Below are positions 43,720 through 52,514 of a DNA stretch of 59,398 nucleotides, piece after piece. Under the pieces are notes generated by a model. It searched no databases. It was not told the DNA's origin and saw only the letters and a program-made list of their open reading frames with translations. Source of the DNA: an uncultured bacterium (GTDB taxonomy: Bacteria; Patescibacteriota; Minisyncoccia; Phycocordibacterales; UBA9973). The position numbers and the translations under genes are program-made. Each line of letters begins with the position of its first letter. Positions within the stretch are counted from its first letter, which is position 1. The DNA is taken from NCBI GenBank assembly GCA_903929735.1, contig CAIYVW010000022.1:1-59398 (forward strand), written 5' to 3'.

Positions 43720-44355
43720 TTAATTTAATTCTATAAATACATCTTCTTTTGCAAATCTAATTTTTTTAGATAAGGCACTTTTATCATCTTCTGATCTATA
43801 TCCTATTGCAACTATAACTTTTGATTCAAGATTCATAGAGGATAATCCTAATAACTCATCAAGTTTATTCCTATCAAAACCTTCCATAGGACAAGCATCT
43901 ATATCTAAAATAGCACAAGAAGTCAAAAAGTTACCTAAAGCTAAATAAAGCTGGCAAGTAGCCCAATTTATCAATGATTCACTTGACCTACCAGCAAAAC
44001 TACCATTTATCATTCCCTTAAATCCTTCTAATTTTTCTATGGAAATATTTTTTTCTTTAGCTGTAAATTGTAAATACTCATCAACCAAATTAGAATCTAT
44101 ATTTTTTTTATTTGCAAAAATTATAATTTGAGAGGAGTCAGTTATTTGTGATTGATCATATGCTATTTCTCTAATTTTAGACTTCATCTCTATATTGTTT
44201 ACAACAATAAATTTCCAAGGCTGTAGACCATAAGATGATGGAGATAGTCTTAAGACTTCCAAAAGAGTATCTAAGTTTTCTTTACTGATTTTTTTATTAG
44301 AATCAAACTGCTTAGTAGCATATCTCCAATTAAGAACTTCTGTTATATTTTTCAT
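43720..44355 (-). CDS. Nitroreductase-family NAD(P)H:FMN oxidoreductase
   Basis: N-terminal WRYATKQFD, SPSSYGLQPWKF and C-terminal IGYRSEDD patterns typical of NfsB-like nitroreductases. Confidence 0.75.
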   Translation of the reverse strand: MKNITEVLNWRYATKQFDSNKKISKENLDTLLEVLRLSPSSYGLQPWKFIVVNNIEMKSKIREIAYDQSQITDSSQIIIFANKKNIDSNLVDEYLQFTAKEKNISIEKLEGFKGMINGSFAGRSSESLINWATCQLYLALGNFLTSCAILDIDACPMEGFDRNKLDELLGLSSMNLESKVIVAIGYRSEDDKSALSKKIRFAKEDVFIELN

Positions 44356-44420
44356 AATTTCATATATTTAGTTATATAATAATACTTATATTGTATCATA
44401 GTTACATTAAAATTAGATGA

Positions 44421-44458
44421 ATAACAAAATAAAGCCCCTTAAGGCTTTATTTTGTTAT
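44421..44458 (-). terminator. Terminator hairpin (perfect 16-bp stem)
   Basis: ATAACAAAATAAAGCC / GGCTTTATTTTGTTAT with a 6-nt loop, 6 nt downstream of the 44464..44790 gene. Confidence 0.7.
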
Positions 44459-44463
44459 ATTTA

Positions 44464-44790
44464 CTATATATTACTAGAACTTAACTCTTTTCTTATCATA
44501 TTTGCTTCTTTTATGTTACCTTCTTTAGCTAATTTCCATGCTTCTACGAACTTAGGAAAATTATCTTTATTCACTGAAGTATCTATTTCTCCAGTAGTAT
44601 TCAAAACTAGCTGTTGCCATCCTTCAAAATCATTATTTTCCATAAATTTAGACATCTGTGATTCAAAAGCCTGACTATAAATAGAACTTTTCTTGGAAAA
44701 ATCTTGAGCCGCGAAAGCAGTCCCTGATAACCCCAGTCCTAATGTTAAAGCCAATAATCCACTCATTATCAATTTATTTCTATTTTTCAT
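44464..44790 (-). CDS. Small secreted helical protein
   Basis: Clear signal peptide MKNRNKLIMSGLLALTLGLGLSGTAFA followed by about 80 charged, helical residues. Preferred over the overlapping plus-strand ORF 44417..44674. Confidence 0.6.
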   Translation of the reverse strand: MKNRNKLIMSGLLALTLGLGLSGTAFAAQDFSKKSSIYSQAFESQMSKFMENNDFEGWQQLVLNTTGEIDTSVNKDNFPKFVEAWKLAKEGNIKEANMIRKELSSSNI

Positions 44791-44907
44791 ATTTATTTTT
44801 TACTTATTGCTTACACAGCAAGGTAATTAGTTAGATTTATAATATGTAAATGCTTAACCACTTACAATATCATATACGTTTCTAATTTAAAATTTGTTGC
44901 ATCAGTA

Positions 44908-45588
44908 TTACCAAGAACGAAATTCATCTGCAACAAAAAGACTATCATCTATAATATCTCCAGTAATTTTAATCTTTTCATCAACAAAAAGGTTGACTTG
45001 ATTACGATTAGAAGCACCATTTATGTTTACAGACCATATTAAGCCATTAGAATCTTTAACTTCTATCTCTTCGTTTCCAATCTTAGTAACTATACCCGAC
45101 AAAAGACCTTCTTCTGGTTGAGACCAAAAATTAATTCTATTTAAAATAATATTTCTATAGACTGGAGAAATATCAATAAAAGATTTCTCTAAAACATCTC
45201 CTATACCTACAAAATAAAATATTGATCCAAAAATTATAGTCGAAATCATATAAAACCCAATAACTATCACATATCTAAGACGATGACCAAGTAGTGTTTT
45301 CCTATAATAATATTCACCTAGAATTGTAAAAATTAAAAATGACCCTAACCAAAAATAAGGTAGTGTCTTCATTATAAAATTAAATCCAAATCTATCATAC
45401 AAATCCCAATCATTATTAAAAAGACCAGATAATATAAGAGAAAAGATGAATGAACCTATTATTAGAGAAAGAGTAACAACTGTCCAGAATAAAACTTTTT
45501 TTATATAAAAAATACGACGAGATATAGGTTTAATCTTCTCACCTTTTATTCTTTCTAAAACTATTTGACTTATATTTTTATTTTTCAT
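44908..45588 (-). CDS. Multi-pass membrane protein with the shared C-terminal beta-rich domain (putative anti-sigma/sensor partner)
   Basis: Four to five hydrophobic helices, then GLLSGIVTKIGNEEIEVKDSNGLIWSV...KIKITGDII. Lies directly downstream of an ECF sigma gene. Confidence 0.5.
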   Translation of the reverse strand: MKNKNISQIVLERIKGEKIKPISRRIFYIKKVLFWTVVTLSLIIGSFIFSLILSGLFNNDWDLYDRFGFNFIMKTLPYFWLGSFLIFTILGEYYYRKTLLGHRLRYVIVIGFYMISTIIFGSIFYFVGIGDVLEKSFIDISPVYRNIILNRINFWSQPEEGLLSGIVTKIGNEEIEVKDSNGLIWSVNINGASNRNQVNLFVDEKIKITGDIIDDSLFVADEFRSW

Positions 45589-45605
45589 ATATCAAGTAAA
45601 TTTTG

Positions 45606-46187
45606 CTACTTAGTATTTTTATTAATTATTAATTTATTGTATTCTTCTTTAAAAAGTTTTTTACCTCTTAAAATCAAATTACCTACAGTACTTACAGGCT
45701 TCTTTAATATATCAGCAATTTCAACATAATCTTTCTCATCAAGAAATCTTAAAACCAAAACTTCATGATATTTATCATCAAGTTTTGATAAAGCTTGATT
45801 AATCAATTTTCTATCGAAAGATTTATCAAGATCTCTTGATAAATCGAATGAATCAGTAAAATTCTTTAAATCTTCAGAATCAAGAGAAACAGTTGGTCTA
45901 GCTACTTTTTTCCTAATGGCACTTATTGTTTCATTATGAGCTATTCGATAAATCCAAGATGAGAATTTAAGATCTGGATCAAAACCATTTAAATTATAAT
46001 ATGTTTTAATAAAAACTTCCTGAAGAACATCTTCTGCCTCATCTCTACTGAATTTAGAAATTCTTGTTATGTATCTCAATAATTTATCTTCATATCTCTT
46101 AGACAAATATAAAAATTGATTAGGATCCGACAAGGACAACCTAACTAATTCATTATCAGTTTGTTCAGCATAAGGGTAATTATCCAT
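45606..46187 (-). CDS. ECF-type RNA polymerase sigma-70 factor
   Basis: Region 2 (EAEDVLQEVFIKTYYNL ... FSSWIYRIAHN) and region 4 (KDYVEIADILKKPVSTVGNLILRGKKL). Confidence 0.85.
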   Translation of the reverse strand: MDNYPYAEQTDNELVRLSLSDPNQFLYLSKRYEDKLLRYITRISKFSRDEAEDVLQEVFIKTYYNLNGFDPDLKFSSWIYRIAHNETISAIRKKVARPTVSLDSEDLKNFTDSFDLSRDLDKSFDRKLINQALSKLDDKYHEVLVLRFLDEKDYVEIADILKKPVSTVGNLILRGKKLFKEEYNKLIINKNTK

Positions 46188-46276
46188 CTTGTTTTATATT
46201 ATACACTTGGTACGAAAAATAATAGAATATTATCTCAATAATTATAAATACTCAAGTTTAAAATAATATAATTATC

Positions 46277-46285
46277 TGTTATAAT
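46277..46285 (+). promoter_or_regulatory. Extended -10 element upstream of the dedA-like operon
   Basis: TGTTATAAT (TGnTATAAT consensus) lies 14 nt upstream of the ATG. No Shine-Dalgarno sequence in between. Confidence 0.4.
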
Positions 46286-46299
46286 TAATAGATAGCCTT

Positions 46300-46887
46300 A
46301 TGGAAAGCTTCTATCACAACATTATTATTTGGATTGATTCTTCGAAATATTTTCTACTTTTTATAGGTACTATCATAGAAGGACCAGTAGTTATGATGGC
46401 TAGTGGTTTTTTGTATAAATTAGGTAAATTTAGCTTACTACCTATGTATTTTACTTTAGTATTAGGAGATTTTACAGCAGATATAATTTGGTATAGCTTT
46501 GGTAGACTAGGAACTCGCAATGCAATATTTAAATATGGTCATTTTGTAGGAATTAACCCTTACAACTTAGAAAAAATAGAAAAACTCTTTAATAAATATC
46601 ATCAAAAAATATTAATAATTTCCAAGCTTACTATGGGATTTGGTTTTGCTGTAGTTATCCTAGTAGCAGCTGGTATTTTTAAAGTACCATTCAAAAAATA
46701 TGCTCTTTTAAATTTATTAGGTGGTTTTATCTGGACTGCTTTAATAATTTCTATAGGTTTCTTCTTGGGTAACATTTATACTACAATATCAAAACCAATG
46801 AAAATTAGTTTCGTCATTGTAATATTTACATTATTCATATTAGGTATAAAATATACAAACAACTACTTAAAAACTAAAGTAATATAA
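46300..46887 (+). CDS. DedA-family membrane protein
   Basis: 195 aa with the family-typical N-terminal segment FIGTIIEGPVVMMASGFL and a multi-pass topology. Confidence 0.72.
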   Translation: MESFYHNIIIWIDSSKYFLLFIGTIIEGPVVMMASGFLYKLGKFSLLPMYFTLVLGDFTADIIWYSFGRLGTRNAIFKYGHFVGINPYNLEKIEKLFNKYHQKILIISKLTMGFGFAVVILVAAGIFKVPFKKYALLNLLGGFIWTALIISIGFFLGNIYTTISKPMKISFVIVIFTLFILGIKYTNNYLKTKVI

Positions 46888-46890
46888 TAT

Positions 46891-47610
46891 ATGTTATCAA
46901 TAATAATTCCAACACTTAATGAAGAGAAAGTTATAGAAAAGACCTTAAAATCTTTAAGAGATTATAAGGGAGATTATGAAATAATAGTCTCAGATGGTAG
47001 AAGCACAGATCGTACGATTGAAATATCTAAGAAATATGCTGATAAAGTTATGGTTTACGAAGGAATAACTAGACAAACAATAGCTATGGGTAGAAACTTA
47101 GGAGCATCTGTAGCTAAAGGAGAGTATTTATTATTTTTAGATGCTGATATTTATATTCCAGATATTAATATTTTTTTTGCTAGAGCCATTAGCTTTTTTG
47201 AAAAAGATTCTAAATTAGTTGGATATTCAGTTTATTTAAAAGTCTTTCCTGAAATGGCTAATTTTGCTGATAGATTCTTCTTTAGCCTTTTTAATCATAT
47301 GTTTTATTTTTTAAGTAACATTTTACATATAGGTGCCTCTTATGGAGAATTTCAAATGGTTAGAAATGATTCTTTTAAAAAATTAGGTGGATACAACGAA
47401 AAAATTGCAGTAGCAGAAGATAATGAATTTTTCAAAAGACTAGCCAAATCAGGAAAAACAATAATAGATTCAAAGCTTATCGTATATCACACAGGGCGTA
47501 GAGCTCATAAAATAGGTTGGCCTAGACTTCTTGTATCTTGGTGGGTTAATCAATTATCAGTTAGTTTTTTAAATAAATCTTACAATTCCGAATGGAAAGA
47601 GATAAGATAA
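46891..47610 (+). CDS. Family 2 glycosyltransferase
   Basis: LSIIIPTLNEEKVIEKTL, VSDGRSTDRT, LFLDADIY (DxD) and AEDNEF motifs. Confidence 0.82.
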   Translation: MLSIIIPTLNEEKVIEKTLKSLRDYKGDYEIIVSDGRSTDRTIEISKKYADKVMVYEGITRQTIAMGRNLGASVAKGEYLLFLDADIYIPDINIFFARAISFFEKDSKLVGYSVYLKVFPEMANFADRFFFSLFNHMFYFLSNILHIGASYGEFQMVRNDSFKKLGGYNEKIAVAEDNEFFKRLAKSGKTIIDSKLIVYHTGRRAHKIGWPRLLVSWWVNQLSVSFLNKSYNSEWKEIR

Positions 47611-47614
47611 ATAT

Positions 47615-48325
47615 ATGAAAATAAGTTTAATCATACCTGCATACAATGAGGAAAAATACATTGGTGACTGTCTAAAAAGTATTGAAGAATATGGTAAAGA
47701 TTTTTTTGAAGTGATAGTTATAAATAATGCTAGTAGCGATAATACAGCTAGAGTAGCAAGTAACTTCCCTTTTGTGCGTGTAGTAGATCAACCTCAAAAA
47801 GGTTTACTTTGGGCTAGACAAAAAGGATATGAAGAAGGTAAGGGAGATATACTCGCTTATATAGATTCTGATTGTAGAATAGGTCCTATGTGGTATGAAA
47901 ATATTTTAAAAGAATTTACAAAAAATAAAAACCTTGTATCATTAAGTGGTCCATATAAATACTATGATTTAACTTCTTTTGAAAATTTTCAAGCAAACAT
48001 AGGATGGTGGATATCTGCTCCTCTTACTTATCGTATCGTTGGCTATATGGTACTAGGTGGTAATTTCGCTGTTAAAAAAGAAGCACTAGATAAAATAAAA
48101 GGCTTTAATACTGGTATTTCATTCTACGGAGAAGACACAGATTTAGCCAGAAGACTATCTCCTTATGGTAAAGTAAAATTTAAAATGAATTTTACAATTA
48201 ACACGTCAGGAAGAAGATTAATAAAAGAAGGAATATTTAAAACTTTCATAGTCTATGGATTAAACTACATATGGGAAGTATTTTTTAAAAAACCATTAAC
48301 TAAATCACATGAAAACATCAGATAA
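47615..48325 (+). CDS. Family 2 glycosyltransferase
   Basis: ISLIIPAYNEEKYIGDCL, INNASSDNT, YIDSDC (DxD-like) and GEDTDLARRL motifs. Confidence 0.82.
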   Translation: MKISLIIPAYNEEKYIGDCLKSIEEYGKDFFEVIVINNASSDNTARVASNFPFVRVVDQPQKGLLWARQKGYEEGKGDILAYIDSDCRIGPMWYENILKEFTKNKNLVSLSGPYKYYDLTSFENFQANIGWWISAPLTYRIVGYMVLGGNFAVKKEALDKIKGFNTGISFYGEDTDLARRLSPYGKVKFKMNFTINTSGRRLIKEGIFKTFIVYGLNYIWEVFFKKPLTKSHENIR

Positions 48326-48872
48326 ATGGACTCTACATGCTAAAAATAAAGCATTCCTACTTACACTAGGATTAACTATTTGGACGATAATAGTTATCTA
48401 TGTATTACATATACGTCCCTTGTTTAGTTCGATGTTATTCTTCCATTTACTTTTACTTCTAAATACTTATTTTTCTGTAAGAATTTTTGATACAATAACT
48501 CCTAAAAATAATTGGGGTCAAAACTTTTGGGATATATTATTACTATCTTGTTTGATATATTTACCCCTTGCTTTTAACTCTTCTTTAATCTTTATTTTTG
48601 TAAACACACTGCTGTTCGTAATTGCCACACTTAAATATATATTTCTTATTCCACTTGTCGGTTTTTCAAAATTATTCTTTAAAAAAATAAGAATAGACAC
48701 ACTAGGAACTCTATTATGTATGGCATGCATGGCAGGAGTTATATTTGGATTTGATTATTTATCTTTTAATCTTTGGGCTATTACATTCTTCTTAGCAAAT
48801 ATCTATGTTTTATGGTATAAACCATTATACAAACTAGAGCATCACATAGAAAAATATTTAAATATTAAATAA
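48309..48872 (+). CDS. Hypothetical multi-pass membrane protein
   Basis: 187 aa with five to six hydrophobic helices. Overlapping starts and stops with both neighbours suggest co-translation in the GT2 operon. Confidence 0.5.
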   Translation: MKTSDKWTLHAKNKAFLLTLGLTIWTIIVIYVLHIRPLFSSMLFFHLLLLLNTYFSVRIFDTITPKNNWGQNFWDILLLSCLIYLPLAFNSSLIFIFVNTLLFVIATLKYIFLIPLVGFSKLFFKKIRIDTLGTLLCMACMAGVIFGFDYLSFNLWAITFFLANIYVLWYKPLYKLEHHIEKYLNIK

Positions 48873-49513
48873 TGAAAAAAATAAAGAAAAATTATCAAAT
48901 ACATTTTAAAAATAGAAAATTCATAATCTCTCTTGTTTCATCTTTTCTATTACTATTAATATCAATTTGTATAAACTTTTATGCAGGTACATACGCTACA
49001 GAAAGAGCCAGTAATTCAGTAACAGATATCATATTATCAAATACGAGAGTATACGACCTAGATGGAATGTTTGTATATGGTTCTTTTTTATTTGCTATTT
49101 TTATTGCTTTTATTTGCTTCTACAGACCCAATAAGATTCCTTTCACTTTAAAAAGTATATCTTTATTTATTGTAATAAGATCTATCTTTATAACTCTTAC
49201 TCACTTAGGACCATTCCCTTCTCAAGCAATTATAAACTCCGATATTTTAAGTAAGTTATCTTTTGGTGGAGATTTATTCTTCTCTGGTCACACAGGTATG
49301 CCTTTCCTTCTTGCTTTAGTATTCTGGAGGGATAAAACAATAAGATATATTTTCTTATCTTTTTCTTTAATATTTGCAATTGTAGTTCTCCTAGCTCACT
49401 TACACTACTCTATTGATGTTCTGTCTGCATTCTTTATAACTTATACTATATACAAAATAGCATTATTTATATTCAAAAAAGACAGAGAATCATTTGACTT
49501 ATACATAAACTAA
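48872..49513 (+). CDS. PAP2_C / sphingomyelin-synthase-like membrane protein
   Basis: GGDLFFSGHTG and HLHYSIDVLSAFFITYTIY match the SMS-family D3 (SGHT) and D4 (HYxxDV) motifs as I recall them. Multi-pass membrane protein. Confidence 0.6.
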   Translation: MKKIKKNYQIHFKNRKFIISLVSSFLLLLISICINFYAGTYATERASNSVTDIILSNTRVYDLDGMFVYGSFLFAIFIAFICFYRPNKIPFTLKSISLFIVIRSIFITLTHLGPFPSQAIINSDILSKLSFGGDLFFSGHTGMPFLLALVFWRDKTIRYIFLSFSLIFAIVVLLAHLHYSIDVLSAFFITYTIYKIALFIFKKDRESFDLYIN

Positions 49514-50211
49514 TGGAAGCCTTCGATAAAAAGACTACAATCATTATGGCTCATAGAATTAACCTTTGATATTAAATCATTACAGGCTTTTTCTTGACCA
49601 CAAACATAGATATCAGAATTATTAAAATCTAAATTATCTATAAAATCTTGTATATATCCCTTGGGTATTTTAGAATTTTCTTCAGATTTTGATACAACAT
49701 TTAAAACTGAAACATTTTTATGAGAATTAGCTAATTCTTTAAAATAAAGATCATAAAGAATTTCATCTTCACTTCTACTACCTGTTATGATAGTTAGATT
49801 ATTAACTTTTTTATAATTTGAAAAATAGTCAGCAATAGACTTTACTACTCCTACCCCTACCCCGAAAGCAAACAAATATATTTTGTCATGATTCATTTTA
49901 TCTATAGTATTTAATCCTAAAGGACCCATAAGTTCCACTTTTTGACCTATCATATTCTTATTCCAGAAAATAGGAGTTACTAATCCATTCGGGCTTAAGC
50001 GTATTGTAAAAGTAATATAGCCATGATCATCAGAAGAAGATGATATGGAATAAGCTCTTCTTACTATTTCACCATTAATATCAAAAAAAACATTCATAAA
50101 ACTCCCAGAGTTAAAATCAATCGGCTCTGACAATTTAATCTTTACTTCCTTGGCTGTTTTAGATAAATCTGTAATTACTACTATCTCTCCATTAAATTTT
50201 CTAATATTCAT
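49510..50211 (-). CDS. FNR-like FAD/NAD(P)H-binding oxidoreductase domain protein
   Basis: RAYSISS (RxYS FAD motif), MGPLG, FAFGVGVGV (NAD-binding glycine motif) and YVCGQ. Confidence 0.75.
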   Translation of the reverse strand: MNIRKFNGEIVVITDLSKTAKEVKIKLSEPIDFNSGSFMNVFFDINGEIVRRAYSISSSSDDHGYITFTIRLSPNGLVTPIFWNKNMIGQKVELMGPLGLNTIDKMNHDKIYLFAFGVGVGVVKSIADYFSNYKKVNNLTIITGSRSEDEILYDLYFKELANSHKNVSVLNVVSKSEENSKIPKGYIQDFIDNLDFNNSDIYVCGQEKACNDLISKVNSMSHNDCSLFIEGFH

Positions 50212-50221
50212 ATACTTTTAT

Positions 50222-50905
50222 TTAGATTCTTACTCTTTTAATTTGGACTTGTTCAACCTTTGGTAAAGATACTTTAGCCGATATATCAGTACTTATATTA
50301 TTTTGTATTAATCTTTTTTTATTTCTTACAGATGCTATATAAGTGATTGACGTAATAATAATTAGAATATATAACAAATTTATATCATGATAAGATAAAT
50401 ATACATACAAAACACTTGCATAAAAATAAATATAAGAAAGTTGTTGTATTTTTTTCCACCATGAACCTAAAATTCTTTTAGATAAATTATTTGAAGTGAC
50501 GATAAGGATTACAGCTGAAATATCAGCTAAATGAGCCAGTAAGGCATAGTTAGTAAATGACCAGTATTTATATGTACTTAAACTAGAAATATAACCAGAT
50601 GTATCAATCATTAATTTAGCTAAGATAAAAGAGACTATAATAGAAGCTGAGATTACCCCTGTCCCCTTTCTTAATATTACTAATGGTCTTAACCATTTAA
50701 TATTAGTAAATATATCAGAAAGAGGTCTTATCAGCATTACAAAAAATAAAAATAAATGAGAAACGGAATATAGATTCATAGTAACATCTCCAGTGATTAT
50801 ATTAGGATAAAAAACTATCAGAAGAGGCAAAACCATCATTATGATAATTGAAACTATTAATAATATTTCTTGTAAATATTTTATTGTATTGAAGTAATTT
50901 TTCAT
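50222..50905 (-). CDS. Ferric-reductase-like / YedZ(MsrQ)-like transmembrane protein (putative)
   Basis: Six hydrophobic helices with His residues in or near them (SVSHLFLFF, LLAHLADIS, LSYHDIN) and a GSWWKKIQQLSYIYF segment resembling the family W..LH.L.Y pattern. ATGA overlap with apbE. Confidence 0.4.
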   Translation of the reverse strand: MKNYFNTIKYLQEILLIVSIIIMMVLPLLIVFYPNIITGDVTMNLYSVSHLFLFFVMLIRPLSDIFTNIKWLRPLVILRKGTGVISASIIVSFILAKLMIDTSGYISSLSTYKYWSFTNYALLAHLADISAVILIVTSNNLSKRILGSWWKKIQQLSYIYFYASVLYVYLSYHDINLLYILIIITSITYIASVRNKKRLIQNNISTDISAKVSLPKVEQVQIKRVRI

Positions 50906-51801
50906 ATGAAATTTTTAATTATTTTCCCATTATTTTTAATAACTGCAAAAGAAATACTTTCATCTTCAAGAATTTCTAAGGCTTTTTCACAACCAACAGA
51001 CAAGAATACTTTTGTATAAGCCTCTGAAACTCCTCCATTCTTATTTATAATACTTGCAGAAATTATATCACTTTCAGGATTTTTATTACCTGTCTTGTCT
51101 AGAATATGATTAAATTCTTTATTAAGTATCATCCAAGTTCTTTTATATGTTCCACTAGTTGCCAAACTCTGATTATAAAGAGTCACAATAATATCTTCAT
51201 TTTTTAAAATTGGATTATATATACTAAAAACAAATCTATTACCATTTCTATCTAACCCTTTTGTATGGATATCTCCTCCAATATTCACTATAACACCTTT
51301 TACAAGAGATGAATTAGACTTTATCTTTTCTGCAATTATTTCAGATAGATATCCTTTTAAAAATCCACCATAATCAAGATTCTGACCTTTGTTTAGAAAT
51401 ATCTGAGAATTATCTTTATCAATTATAACTTCAGAAAAATCAATATCATAATCTTCATTATTTAAAAATATTTCATTATCTTGTATATCTAAAAAATTCT
51501 TATTATAACCATGTCTAGATATTTGAACCAGAGGATTAAAAATGCCTTTAGTTTTTACAAATAGTTTATAAGCTTGTTGTGTAACCTTAAGAAATTCTTC
51601 TGAAACAACTAAATTTTTATGTTTATTTAGTAAAGATAATTCACTTGTAGTCAGAAATCTTGAAAACTTTTTTTCATAATCATCAATCAAATTCTTACCT
51701 ATTTTATATAATTCGAGAGATAACTGTTTGCTTTCACAAACTATAGCTATAGAATACTCAGTACCCATTGCCTTGCCATTATATTCAAATTCTTCTATCA
51801 T
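50902..51801 (-). CDS. apbE: FAD:protein FMN transferase (ApbE family)
   Basis: GKAMGTEYSI, FSRFLTTSELSLLN, LDYGGFLKGYL, NIGGDIHTKG, LATSGTYKR and NHILDKTGN follow the ApbE pattern. Confidence 0.75.
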   Translation of the reverse strand: MIEEFEYNGKAMGTEYSIAIVCESKQLSLELYKIGKNLIDDYEKKFSRFLTTSELSLLNKHKNLVVSEEFLKVTQQAYKLFVKTKGIFNPLVQISRHGYNKNFLDIQDNEIFLNNEDYDIDFSEVIIDKDNSQIFLNKGQNLDYGGFLKGYLSEIIAEKIKSNSSLVKGVIVNIGGDIHTKGLDRNGNRFVFSIYNPILKNEDIIVTLYNQSLATSGTYKRTWMILNKEFNHILDKTGNKNPESDIISASIINKNGGVSEAYTKVFLSVGCEKALEILEDESISFAVIKNNGKIIKNFI

Positions 51802-51845
51802 AAGTAAATACTATACTATAAAGATGAATAGTAAATGAATAATAT

Positions 51846-52514
51846 ATGAGAATTTTAATAGTAGAAGATAATGAAAAGTTATCTAAATACACAAAACAGA
51901 TGCTAGAAGAGGAAGGATATGCCGTAGATACATCTTTCGATGGAGAATCTGGCGAACGTCTAACTCGTTTGGGTAATTATGATTTAGTTATACTAGATAT
52001 CATGTTACCTAAGAAAGATGGCATATCAGTAGCTAGAAGTTTACGCGAAGGAAACTTCAATCTTCCTATTATCATGATTACAGCTAAAGGAGAAACAGAT
52101 GATAAAATCTTAGGTTTAGACAGTGGAGCAGATGATTACTTAGTTAAACCTTTTGAGATGAAAGAATTACTAGCTAGAATTCGAGCCTTATTAAGAAGAC
52201 CACAAAATAAAATAATTACAAAATTAAAGATTAAAGATATAGAAATAGATAATAATCAACATATAGTTACCCAAAAAGGCATGACTCTAAATCTCACCTT
52301 AAAGGAATATGCCATATTAGAATATTTAATGCTTAATGCAGGACAAGTCATAACAAGAGAACAACTACTTGAACATTGTTGGGATTTTGCGTATAGTGCT
52401 TTCAGTAATATAACTGATGTATATATCAAACAATTAAGAAAAAAATTAAAAGACACCAATGAAAAATATATTAAAACAATTCGAGGAGTGGGTTATACCT
52501 TTAAATCGAAATAA
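51846..52514 (+). CDS. OmpR-family response regulator
   Basis: Receiver domain (MRILIVEDN ... DLVILDIMLPKKDG ... KPF) and a winged-helix output domain (LTLKEYAILEYL ... IRGVGYTF). Confidence 0.92.
   Translation: MRILIVEDNEKLSKYTKQMLEEEGYAVDTSFDGESGERLTRLGNYDLVILDIMLPKKDGISVARSLREGNFNLPIIMITAKGETDDKILGLDSGADDYLVKPFEMKELLARIRALLRRPQNKIITKLKIKDIEIDNNQHIVTQKGMTLNLTLKEYAILEYLMLNAGQVITREQLLEHCWDFAYSAFSNITDVYIKQLRKKLKDTNEKYIKTIRGVGYTFKSK

Noticed and set aside
44417-44674. 85-aa plus-strand ORF
   Set aside because: It overlaps, antisense, the minus-strand gene 44464..44790, which has a textbook signal peptide and its own terminator. The plus-strand start also lies inside the terminator palindrome.
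50222-51801. An ApbE flavinylation target motif ([ST]-G-A-[TS] after an Asp) in the adjacent membrane protein or FNR-like protein
   Set aside because: I searched the neighbouring translations by eye. I found only weak look-alikes (GTGVISAS, and SGAS in the distant 14020..15891 protein), none in the usual D-x-x-[ST]-G-A-[TS] context. No target claim is made.
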